From positions 1 to 20,637 of the forward strand of contig JAGWDQ010000136.1 in the NCBI GenBank assembly GCA_018260615.1: DNA of 20,637 nucleotides, written 5' to 3'. The position numbers were made by a program, and so were the translations under genes. The DNA is from Candidatus Altarchaeum sp. (GTDB taxonomy: Archaea; Altiarchaeota; Altiarchaeia; Altiarchaeales; Altiarchaeaceae). The notes under the pieces are model-generated. The model was not told the DNA's origin, ran no database searches, and worked only from the letters and a program-made list of their open reading frames with translations. This document shows, piece by piece, positions 1 to 11,374 of this stretch; position 1 is the first letter of the stretch; the number at the start of each line of letters is the position of its first letter.

Positions 1-182
1 TGTGGAATTATCATGTAATAAGTTCTTAATCTCTTATTATAAATTGGTAAATTAGAATAAATAAAAACTGACGATTTATGAGTTTAAGTTATTTCGCAAC
101 AGGTCTATTATAAATTTAATTTTAAACACCATATTTATAAAAATATTGGCAAAAAAACAAATATATAATTATCCCAATTTTA

Positions 183-953
183 GTGGGTCAGCACCTAACA
201 CTAACCAACGGAATTGTCTCCATAGTAGCCGAATACAAAATAGAAGGAAACGGAACATGTAATTGCAGTAGTTGCATGGATTGCACGGCTGCATTAACTG
301 ATAATTTAAATTGTTACGGTAAAGTAAAACTCACCGCAAACATTACTAATCAATCAGGGACATGCCTTAATAACCCGGAAAATTTCAATAACAAAATTTT
401 TGACTGCAAAGGAAATATAATTAACGGCACTGGATGGAATTATGGAGTTTATTTAGAGAATAAAAAAAATAACACAATCAGGAACTGCACAATTACCTGC
501 TTTGAGTACGGAATATATTTAAAGAATTCTTCAAACAACACAATAGAAAGAAATGCAATTTCAAACCGCAACATCGGAATTTACTCCGAAAATTCAACTT
601 CAGTTATAAATTCAAACATGGTCATTAATAACACTGCATACGATTTATATTCTTCAGATTGGCTTTCAAGTTCCGGAAGTAATAACACTTGTGACAAAGC
701 AGAGAAATGGGACGACACTGATGTGACGAGTGGCGGATGTAGGAATAAATATCAATCTCAATCTACAGAAAAAGCAACCGACATTTTTGATGCTGTTGAA
801 ATGCTTGAATATTTAAGCGGAGAGAAAAATTTAACGCAGTTAAGCAATCATAATAAACCGGGATATTATAAATTTGTTGGAAACGAAAATAATGCAGATA
901 TAAATTTACTTGATGTCTTTGCTTTAATTCATAAGATTGGTATGGAAGGATAA
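183..953 (+). CDS. Right-handed parallel beta-helix (NosD/CASH-like) putative surface protein with C-terminal dockerin-like domain
   Basis: Asn-rich beta-helix repeats (YGVYLENKKNNTIRNCTI, YGIYLKNSSNNTIERNAI), Cys-rich N-terminal module (CNCSSCMDC), and a C-terminal DIFDAVEMLEYL...DINLLDVFALI duplicated-helix motif. The GTG start is uncertain and no clear signal peptide is visible. Confidence 0.7.
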   Translation: MGQHLTLTNGIVSIVAEYKIEGNGTCNCSSCMDCTAALTDNLNCYGKVKLTANITNQSGTCLNNPENFNNKIFDCKGNIINGTGWNYGVYLENKKNNTIRNCTITCFEYGIYLKNSSNNTIERNAISNRNIGIYSENSTSVINSNMVINNTAYDLYSSDWLSSSGSNNTCDKAEKWDDTDVTSGGCRNKYQSQSTEKATDIFDAVEMLEYLSGEKNLTQLSNHNKPGYYKFVGNENNADINLLDVFALIHKIGMEG

Positions 954-986
954 TTTTAACAGAAAGAAATAAAAACAAAAGATAAA

Positions 987-2087
987 ATGAATACAACCAA
1001 AAAATTTGAATACGACATTGAATTTTTTAACAGAGAAAAGGAAAAACAGGAAATCCTGAATGTTTTAAGAGCAAAGCCGCAACTGATAAATTTTATTTAC
1101 GGCCCGATAAACTCCGGAAAGACAACTTTGATTACAAGCTTAATTGAAGAATTGCCCGAGACATACGTGGTTTTTTATGTGAATTTAAGGAGAAAATCAA
1201 TCACAAAATATGAGGACTTTATCAGGGTTCTGTTTTCTGTGGAAAAGAACAAAGATATTAAAGACATAATAAAAGGACTAATAGCAAAAGTAGAAAAGGC
1301 GATATATACTTCACAGGGCATTCCAATAAATGACAGTTTGCTTGATGGGTTTTTGAAAAAGGACAGCAGGGAAGATCCATTAGAATTTTTAGAAAATTAT
1401 TTCAAAGAAATAAGCAAAACAAAGATTCCAATATTAATAATTGATGAATTACAGATGATCGGAGATCTGGAAATTAATGGAAAACTGATTCAGCGGTTGT
1501 TTAATTTCTTCATTGGCTTAACAAAGGAATTGCATATCTGCCATGTCTTTGCTTTATCGTCTGATTCATTATTTATTGAAAAGGTCTATGCTGAAGCAAT
1601 ACTTAAAGACAGATGCAGATATTTGCTAATAGATAATTTTGATGAAGAAACAACAAAGAAATTCCTGAAAAAGCATAATTTTAGCGGGAAGGAGCAGGAA
1701 AATATCTGTAAAGACATAGGAGGGAAACCTGCACACCTGATTAGGATAATTGATGTCCAGAATAGAGGCGGGGACGTTATAACTGAAATAGGAGCAATGT
1801 CGGAAAATAGAAAGAAAGAAATAAAAGATACACTGAGGAAGCTCAGGAGATTCGGAAGTGAAGTCGTTTTTGATAATATTCATTATAAGATTGATTATAA
1901 TGATGTGCTTTCAACACTTAAAATGTTTAATGAAAGAGATAAAATTTCTGCAGGTGAGATTGATGAAGTAATAAAAATGTATCTTGTTAAGAACAATATT
2001 TTATTTGCCGAATGTGCTAATGAGACAATAAAACCACAGTCAAAACTTGATTTGCTCGCAATAAGGGAAATTTTAAAGGAAATTTAA
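987..2087 (+). CDS. Archaeal AAA+/P-loop ATPase (ATPase_2-like family)
   Basis: N-terminal FFNREKE, Walker A GPINSGKT, Walker B ILIIDE, and a GGKP motif typical of the archaeal ATPase family. Confidence 0.85.
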   Translation: MNTTKKFEYDIEFFNREKEKQEILNVLRAKPQLINFIYGPINSGKTTLITSLIEELPETYVVFYVNLRRKSITKYEDFIRVLFSVEKNKDIKDIIKGLIAKVEKAIYTSQGIPINDSLLDGFLKKDSREDPLEFLENYFKEISKTKIPILIIDELQMIGDLEINGKLIQRLFNFFIGLTKELHICHVFALSSDSLFIEKVYAEAILKDRCRYLLIDNFDEETTKKFLKKHNFSGKEQENICKDIGGKPAHLIRIIDVQNRGGDVITEIGAMSENRKKEIKDTLRKLRRFGSEVVFDNIHYKIDYNDVLSTLKMFNERDKISAGEIDEVIKMYLVKNNILFAECANETIKPQSKLDLLAIREILKEI

Positions 2088-2096
2088 GATGTCTGA

Positions 2097-2285
2097 ACAA
2101 CCGAAAGCAAAACCGACATCTTTGATGCAGTTGAAATGCTTGAATATTTAAGCGGACAGAAAAATTTAACGCAGTTAAGCAATTCCGGTAAATCATGTTA
2201 TTATAATTTCATTGGAAGCAATTGTAATGATGTAAATTTACTTGATGTCTTTGCTTTACTTGCTCAAATTGTTACAGGACAATAA
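2097..2285 (+). pseudogene. Orphan dockerin-like C-terminal domain remnant, paralogous to the 3' end of 183..953
   Basis: Frame after TGA 2094-2096 reads TTESKTDIFDAVEMLEYLSGQKNLTQLSNSGKSCYYNFIGSNCNDVNLLDVFALLAQIVTGQ*. The DNA from 2112 closely matches the DNA from 777. No start codon precedes the domain. Confidence 0.75.
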
Positions 2286-2315
2286 TTTTAGTAATAATCC
2301 TAATTAAACTAAAAG

Positions 2316-2522
2316 ATGGAGACAATCGTATTTGAACAACAGGTTATAACACAACTAAAGACTCTGAATGACATGCTCTATGAGATGAGAGTGGATATGG
2401 CTATGATGAAAAATAAATTTGAGGACTATTTCCTGTCGGATGATGACAAAGAAGCAATAGATGCTGCATTGCTGGAGGAAAAGAAGAGAAAATTAGCAAG
2501 TAAATCGGATGTGTTTGGTTAA
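2316..2522 (+). CDS. Small acidic/helical protein resembling archaeal antitoxins that precede RelE/ParE toxins
   Basis: 68-aa ORF with ATG start. The C-terminal LSDDDKEAIDAALLEEKKRKL pattern resembles that family from recall; not verified by search. Confidence 0.5.
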   Translation: METIVFEQQVITQLKTLNDMLYEMRVDMAMMKNKFEDYFLSDDDKEAIDAALLEEKKRKLASKSDVFG

Positions 2523-2552
2523 AAATTTCAATCCCATTAGCGAATAAAATTT

Positions 2553-2765
2553 ATGAAATTTTTTAAAATGTTTACCGGAGAAAGCACATATCAGGAGGTT
2601 ATATCAAAGGAAGGAACACTCAAAATTTTGGCAAAACACGGCGTTCCCTGTGTATCCTGCCCGATGGCAAAATATGAAATGGCAAAATTAAAATTAGGGG
2701 ATATTTCAGAAATGTACGGAATTGATTTAAAAGCACTGCTTGATGACTTGAACAAACTCAAATAG
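2553..2765 (+). CDS. DUF1858-like small CxxC (redox-disulfide) protein
   Basis: 70 aa with ILAKHGVPCVSCPMA and YGIDLKALLDDLN, the typical DUF1858 pattern. Confidence 0.75.
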   Translation: MKFFKMFTGESTYQEVISKEGTLKILAKHGVPCVSCPMAKYEMAKLKLGDISEMYGIDLKALLDDLNKLK

Positions 2766-2774
2766 AAAATTTAA

Positions 2775-3284
2775 ATGGAAGATACAGAAATAAAAAAACT
2801 TATTGAAGGTGCATTATTCATTTCGGGCAGAAATTTAACTCTTGAAGACCTGGCAAGAATATGCGGACTGGGAAATTTGGGAAAGGTGAGACAAATTGCA
2901 GATGAGCTGAAGAAGGAATACGAAGTCAGGAACTGTGCAATAAAAATCTCCGCCAGTGAAAATACATATCTTATGGACATTGAGGAAAATTTAAAGTCAT
3001 TGGTCTCAAATTTTTCGCTTCATCCGGAAATAACAAAAGGAGACCTTAAAATACTCGGATTTATTGCATATCACCAGCCGATAAAACAGGCAGAGGTCTT
3101 TGAAAATCTGGGCTATGTTTATGAACACATAAAAAAACTTGAGGAATTAAAATTTATTGAATCATACAGGGACAAAAATTATAAAATTTTAAAAACAACG
3201 AAGAAATTTGAGGATTATTTTTCCCTGAAGGTTTCTGATTTAAAAAAAGCAAAAAATGAGGGTTCTATTTTCAACTACAAATAA
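2775..3284 (+). CDS. scpB: Segregation and condensation protein B
   Basis: LIEGALFISG N-terminus, LGFIAYHQPI winged-helix motif and TTKKFEDYF C-terminal motif. The stop overlaps the rdgB start region. Confidence 0.9.
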   Translation: MEDTEIKKLIEGALFISGRNLTLEDLARICGLGNLGKVRQIADELKKEYEVRNCAIKISASENTYLMDIEENLKSLVSNFSLHPEITKGDLKILGFIAYHQPIKQAEVFENLGYVYEHIKKLEELKFIESYRDKNYKILKTTKKFEDYFSLKVSDLKKAKNEGSIFNYK

Positions 3285-4005
3285 ACACAAAATCAGGGAA
3301 GCAAACGAAATCGGAAAATTTTTTCTACGGTTTACTTTTTTCTTTTTCCTGAATGCTTTTTTCAAAACCGCAAAGGTTTTGAAAATACACGAACGAAGTG
3401 AACGTATTTCTTTTCCTAAAAGAAAAAGGTTCAAATCGAGGGTTCTATTTTCAACTACAAATAAACACAAAATCAGGGAAGCAAACGAAACCGGCAAAAT
3501 TTACGGAATTGAATTTGAACAGGTAATTATTAATTATCCGGAAATAAGGAACGATAAATTTGAGAATATAGCAAGTGATGGTGTCAAATATGTTTATGAA
3601 AAAATAAATAGGCAGGTAATTGTTGAGGATTCTGGCATAATTATTGACGCCTTGAATGGTTTTCCCGGAACATTTTCCGCTTATGTTGAAAAAAAGCTCG
3701 GAAATAAAGGAATTCTAAATTTAATGCGGGATGTTGAAGAGCAAAACAGGACTGCAAGATACATTTCTGTGGTTGCGTTTTTTGACGGGAAAATATTGAA
3801 AACATTTGTCGGAACGGTTGATGGAAAAATTTCAACCGAAGAGCGAGGAAGCGGCGGGTTTGGATACGACCCCGTATTTATTCCCGACGGATACAAAGAG
3901 ACATTCGGAGAAAATCCCGAACCAAAGAAGGAAATTTCCCACAGGAGAAAGTCAGTTGAGGAGTTTTGTAAATTTTATGCGAAATATAATAGCAGGGAAA
4001 TTTAA
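3256..4005 (+). CDS. rdgB: Non-canonical purine NTP pyrophosphatase (RdgB/HAM1) with a 60-aa in-frame N-terminal duplication/insertion
   Basis: STTNKHK, VEDSG, GFPG, GFGYDPVF and SHR motifs. RVLFSTTNKHKIREANE occurs twice, 60 aa apart. Confidence 0.92.
   Translation: MRVLFSTTNKHKIREANEIGKFFLRFTFFFFLNAFFKTAKVLKIHERSERISFPKRKRFKSRVLFSTTNKHKIREANETGKIYGIEFEQVIINYPEIRNDKFENIASDGVKYVYEKINRQVIVEDSGIIIDALNGFPGTFSAYVEKKLGNKGILNLMRDVEEQNRTARYISVVAFFDGKILKTFVGTVDGKISTEERGSGGFGYDPVFIPDGYKETFGENPEPKKEISHRRKSVEEFCKFYAKYNSREI
3258..3490 (+). repeat. 53-bp perfect direct repeat (3258-3310 and 3438-3490) enclosing a hairpin module
   Basis: GAGGGTTCTATTTTCAACTACAAATAAACACAAAATCAGGGAAGCAAACGAAA occurs twice at offset 180. 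The interior has an 11-bp stem with GCAAA loop (3359-3385) followed by TACACGAACGAAGTG. Confidence 0.95.
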
Positions 4006-4098
4006 AAATAAATAAAAATAAAAATTTAATATATCTATTTTTAAACAAATACCTAATTATTTATAAGTTTATTATAAAATTTACATAAATTTAACAAA

Positions 4099-4530
4099 AT
4101 GGGTAATGGATTATTTGCGGGAAAGAAATGTTTGGGTAAAAGAAAAGAATACAGGTGGAGTGATCCGAGGTATATAAGAAGAACCTTACATTCAAAAGAG
4201 AAGACAGATCCTTTGAGCGGCGCTCCGCAGGGAAAAGGTATTGTACTTGAAAAAGTTGAACTTGAAGCGAGACAGCCGAATTCGGCAATGCGAAAGTGCG
4301 TAAAGATTCAACTTGTCAAAAACGGAAAAAAAGTTACTGCGTTTGCTCCGAAAAACAGGGCAATTACATTTATAGACGAACACGATGAAGTTGAGGTTGA
4401 AGGAATTAACGGTAGAAAAGGAGGAAGTTACGGTGACCTTCCGGGAGTAAGATTTAGAGTACTTAAAGTTAATAACCTGTCATTAAACGAGCTCGTTCAT
4501 CACAGGAAAGAAAAACCACAGAGAAAGTAA
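4099..4530 (+). CDS. rps12: 30S ribosomal protein S12 (uS12, archaeal type)
   Basis: [19 protein letters not shown] and GDLPGVRF motifs; 143 aa. Confidence 0.98.
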   Translation: MGNGLFAGKKCLGKRKEYRWSDPRYIRRTLHSKEKTDPLSGAPQGKGIVLEKVELEARQPNSAMRKCVKIQLVKNGKKVTAFAPKNRAITFIDEHDEVEVEGINGRKGGSYGDLPGVRFRVLKVNNLSLNELVHHRKEKPQRK

Positions 4531-4576
4531 ATATAAATATCCAACTTTTTGCAGATCATCTTGCTATACGTTTACA

Positions 4577-4815
4577 GTCGTTCGTGTATTTTCAGCACAT
4601 TCCGTGTTGAAAATCGTTCGGATGTTTAAAATTTACATGGTTTTCAAATTACTGGCTTTTTGTTATTTTAAATTTATTTAAAATATCCGAATGAAATGAG
4701 GTTATTTTAAATTCGCAAAGAATTTAAAATATCCGAATGAAATGAGGTTATAAATTTTACATCGCTAACGATTGCTAACGAAGGGGCGTTTTCGGGAACA
4801 TTCTGTTTTCGAAAA
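4577..4815. repeat. Cluster of REP-like hairpin modules
   Basis: Stems at 4589-4613, 4665-4684, 4705-4729 (10-bp stem, GCAAA loop) and about 4789-4814. AAAATATCCGAATGAAATGAGGTTA is present twice. TCGTTCGTGTATTTTC (4578-4593) is the reverse complement of the motif at 3381. Confidence 0.8.
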
Positions 4816-4929
4816 TCACCATCTATCGTTTAGAAATTTACTCTTTTCGCTCATTGACTGGAAAAATAATTAAAAATATAAAAATTTGGTCGGATGTGTG
4901 CAATGTGGAAAATATAATAAATTTTTCAA

Positions 4930-5750
4930 TTTTTATTTAATATTTATATCTCTTTAACTAATTTATAAACCCTAAAATTAATAAAATTAATGAGGTTCAA
5001 CAAATAAATTTAACAACCTGGAGAACTATCGCTTTGAATTAAAATTTTGACATTGAGCGAGGTACTATGAAAAAGTTGTTAAAGGTCTTGATACCAAAAT
5101 TTTATTTAATATTTATATCTCTTTAACTAATTTATAAACCCTAAAATTAATGAGGTTTAACAAATAAGTTTAACAAATTGGAGAAATATCGCTTTGAACT
5201 AAAATTTTGACATTGAGCGAGGTACTATGAAAAAGTTGTTAAAGGTCTTGACCCCCAAATTTTATTTAATATTTATATACCTTTAACTAATTTATAAACC
5301 CCAAAATTAATAAAATTAATGAGGGTTCAACAAATAAATTTAACAACTTGGAGAACTATCACTTTGAACTAAATTTTTGATGTTGAGCGAGGTACTATGA
5401 AAAAGTTGTTAAAGGTCTTGATACCCAAATTTTATTTAATATTTATATACCTTTAACTAATTTATATACCCTAAAATTAATAAAATTAATGAGGGTTCAA
5501 CAAATAAATTTAACAACTTGGAGAACTATCACTTTGAACTAAATTTTTGATGTTGAGCGAGGTACTATGAAAAAGTTGTTAAAGGTCTTGATACCCAAAT
5601 TTTATTTAATATTTATATACCTTTAACTAATTTATATACCCTAAAATTAATAAAATTAATGAGGGTTCAACAAATAAATTTAACAACTTGGAGAACTATC
5701 ACTTTGAACTAAAATTTTGATGTTGAGCGATGTACTATGAAAAAGTTGTT
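4930..5750 (+). repeat. Five tandem ~170-bp repeats upstream of the rRNA operon
   Basis: The anchor TTATTTAATATTT recurs at 4933, 5102, 5262, 5432 and 5602 (periods 169, 160, 170, 170). Units 3-5 are near-identical. Confidence 0.97.
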
Positions 5751-5881
5751 GCACAGTTATTAAGTTTTAGACATATAGAAAAAACAAAAAAGCAATTCAG
5801 TTAAGCCAAAAAAATAATCATCGCGATAGATGTGTAATGTTGTATGTAAGAATATTAGAAATTTAATGTGATGGTTTATTA

Positions 5882-7436
5882 TTGAAGGCAAAACAAGCAT
5901 AGAAGTGTATTGCTTTGCGACTATAAATCCAGTCGATCCTGCTGGAGAGTATTGCTATTGGAGTTCGACTAAGCCATGCAAGTCAGATGCTACGCAAGTA
6001 GTATCGGCGACCAGCTCAGTAAAACATAGATAACCTGCCCACAAATACAGAATAACATTGGGAAACTGATGATAATGCTGTATAAATGCGGAGTTCTGGA
6101 ATGACCCACATTGAAAGCGCAAGCGTTTGTGGATGGATCTATGGCGGATTAGGCAGATGGCGGTGTAACAGACCACCATACCTATGATCCGTACCCGCCA
6201 TGGGAGTGGAAGCGGGGAGATGGATACTGAGACAAGGATCCAGGCCCCACGGGGCGCAGCAGGCGCGAAACCTTCCCAATGCGCGAAAGCGTGAGGGGGG
6301 AACTCCAAGTTCCTCCATTAGGAGGATTTTGTAGTGTGTAAGAAGCACTGCGAATAAGGGCCGGGCAATGCCAGTGCCAGCCGCCGCGGTAATACTGGAG
6401 GCCCGAGTGATACTCACTATTATTGGGCTTAAAGCGTTCGTAGCCGGTTTTTTAAGTCTTTTGTGAAATCCTGCTGCTTAACAGTAGGCCGGGCAAGAGA
6501 TACTGAAAGACTAGAGGATGGGAGAGGTTGGAGGTATTTCCGGGGTAGGGGCGAAATCCTATAATCCTAGAAGGACCATCGGGGCGAAGGCGTCCAACTA
6601 GAACATGCCTGACGGTGAGGAACGAAAGCTAGGGGAGCAAACCAGATTAGATACCTGGGTAGTCCTAGCCGTAAACTATGTGGACTGTGTACTGCGGGTG
6701 CTTAGGGCTCCCGCAGTGCTGAAGGAAAACCGTTAAGTCCACCGTCTGGGGAGTACGGTCGCAAGGCTGAAACTTAAAGGAATTGGCGGAGGAGCACCAC
6801 AAGGGGTGGAGTCTGCGGTTTAATTGGATACAACGCCAGACAACTCACCAGGGGCGACGGCAGAATGACAGTCAGATTTAAGATCTTGCTTGACAAGCCG
6901 AGAGGTAGTGCATGGCCACCGTCAGCTCGTACCGTAAGGCGTACCCTTAAGTGGGTTAACGAGCGAGACCCATACTTTCATTTGCCACCGTTCATCTTTG
7001 AACGAGCACTATGAAGGGACCGCTGACGACGAGTCAGAGGAAGGAATGGGCGATGATAGGTCAGTATGCTCCGAATCCCTTGGGCTACACGTGGACTACA
7101 ATGACATGAACAATGGGATGCAACTCCGAGAGGAGGAGCCAATCCCCCAAATCATGCCTCAGTTCGGATTGAGGGTTGTAACTCACCCTCATGAAGATGA
7201 AATCCCTAGTAACCGTAAGTCAACATCTTGCGGTGAATATGTCCCCGCTCCTTGCACACACCGCCCGTCAAGCCAAGCGAGTGGGCGTGATGTGAGGCGC
7301 TATCGTTTGGTAGTGTCGAACATCATGTTCGCAAGAAGGGCTAAGTCGTAACAAGGTAGCCGTAGGGGAATCTGCGGCTGAATCACCTCCACATCATAAA
7401 TACAGGTATGCATTTATGTGCTTGTGCTATTTTTAA
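5882..7436 (+). other. 16S pre-rRNA processing stem with bulge-helix-bulge motif (arms 5882-5898 and 7420-7436)
   Basis: TTGAA-GGCA-aaa-CAAGC pairs with GCTTG-TGCT-att-TTTAA, giving a 4-bp central helix and two 3-nt bulges. The stem extends via GTTTATTAT/ATAATAAAC. Confidence 0.85.
5926..7390 (+). rRNA. rrs: 16S rRNA, archaeal (Altiarchaeota-like)
   Basis: 5' AATCCAGTCGATCCTGCTGGA, GTGCCAGCCGCCGCGGTAA, AAACTTAAAGGAATTGGCGG, AAGTCGTAACAAGG and 3' anti-SD ATCACCTCC. About 1465 nt with no intron visible. Ends are approximate. Confidence 0.98.
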
Positions 7437-7499
7437 TAATAAACTTTCATAAAACAGCATTCATAAAATAAAATACAGGATACATTTTATCTTGCCATC

Positions 7500-7571
7500 G
7501 GGCTCGTAGCTCAGTGGTAGAGTGCCCGACTTGCACTCGGGAGGCCCCGAGTCCGAATCTCGGCGAGTCCA
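7500..7571 (+). tRNA. tRNA-Ala(TGC) in the 16S-23S spacer; CCA not encoded
   Basis: Acceptor GGGCTCG/CGAGTCC with G3:U70, anticodon arm CCCGA-CTTGCAC-TCGGG, T arm CCGAG-TCCGAAT-CTCGG, discriminator A. Confidence 0.97.
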
Positions 7572-7732
7572 TCGTGATTTTATAATTTGTGACTTTTATA
7601 TTTTTGGATAATTTTATATGTTGTAACTTACTAACTTTTATATTTAATTTTTTTATGTTCACATTTTTACATTTACGTGCAATCCTCAAAATTATTATAT
7701 GTTTGAGGATGAAGGGTTGATAATAATATGAG

Positions 7733-10659
<2,927 letters not shown>

Positions 10660-11045
10660 TTGTAATTATGGTTTGTATTTAAGCCATGATTGTATAAAAG
10701 TTATATAAGATTATGTTTGTTGTTATATAAATTTACATGTTGTTGTAATAATAATTTGTAGTTTTCGTTTTATATGTTAGAAATCATTGAATCGTTGATT
10801 TTAGATATTTTTAATGTGAACCTATAAAATACTGATTTATTACCTGAAACTGCAAAATTATGGTTTATCTAATCCTCTTGTATAAATTTATATAATTTTT
10901 AAGATACAAAGTCACACAATGGAATCTGTCATACAAATTAAACTCTAAAAACAGTCAATTTCAAAAATTTCATTTTATCAATCACGAGCAATTTCAGTTT
11001 GTTGTTTTTTAGTAACTATCCAGCCACCCAAAAAATTAAGGGTAA

Positions 11046-11374
11046 TTTTCAAATCGCAAAGATTTGAAAATATCCGAACGATAGTGAGGTTATTTAAAAA
11101 TGCTTCAGCATTTTTAAAGATTGAAAATCTCATTTAAAAATATTTCAAATATTTTTAAAGATTGAAAATTTATTTAAAAATTTTCAGTATTTATAAATAC
11201 GAAGTATTTTTAAAGATTGAAAATCTTATAGATTTTCAGTATAAATTTTCAGTATTTTTGTACCTTCCGAATAGTTGCGTTTTTTATTAATCACAACTTT
11301 CTCACTCACCCGTAAAAGTTTAGGTGTAATTTTAAATTTATAATTTAAAATACACGAACGAAGTGGGCGTATTT
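11046..11374. repeat. Cluster of REP-like hairpin modules, including the left arm of a 67-bp inverted repeat (11110-11176)
   Basis: TTTTCAAATC-GCAAA-GATTTGAAAA then TATCCGAACGATAGTGAGG. TTTTTAAAGATTGAAAAT occurs three times. Hairpin 11329-11351 is followed by ACACGAACGAAGTGGGCGTATTT. Confidence 0.85.

Noticed and set aside
763-4383. Short minus-strand and alternate-frame ORFs overlapping the ATPase, scpB, rdgB and rps12 (also 19828-20432 opposite the kinase)
   Set aside because: Shadow ORFs of strongly supported genes.
5338-5414. Integron attC-like sites (ATTTAAC ... GTTAAAG resemble RYYYAAC/GTTRRRY)
   Set aside because: No complementary L boxes, the right core breaks the consensus, the units are identical rather than diverse cassettes, and there is no integrase in the window.
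4930-5750. CRISPR array
   Set aside because: Whole 160-170-bp units are near-identical; there are no unique spacers and no cas genes in the window.
4930-5750. Replication origin (ORB repeats)
   Set aside because: No recognisable TCCA-GAAAC/G-string ORB motif and no cdc6/orc1 gene in the window.
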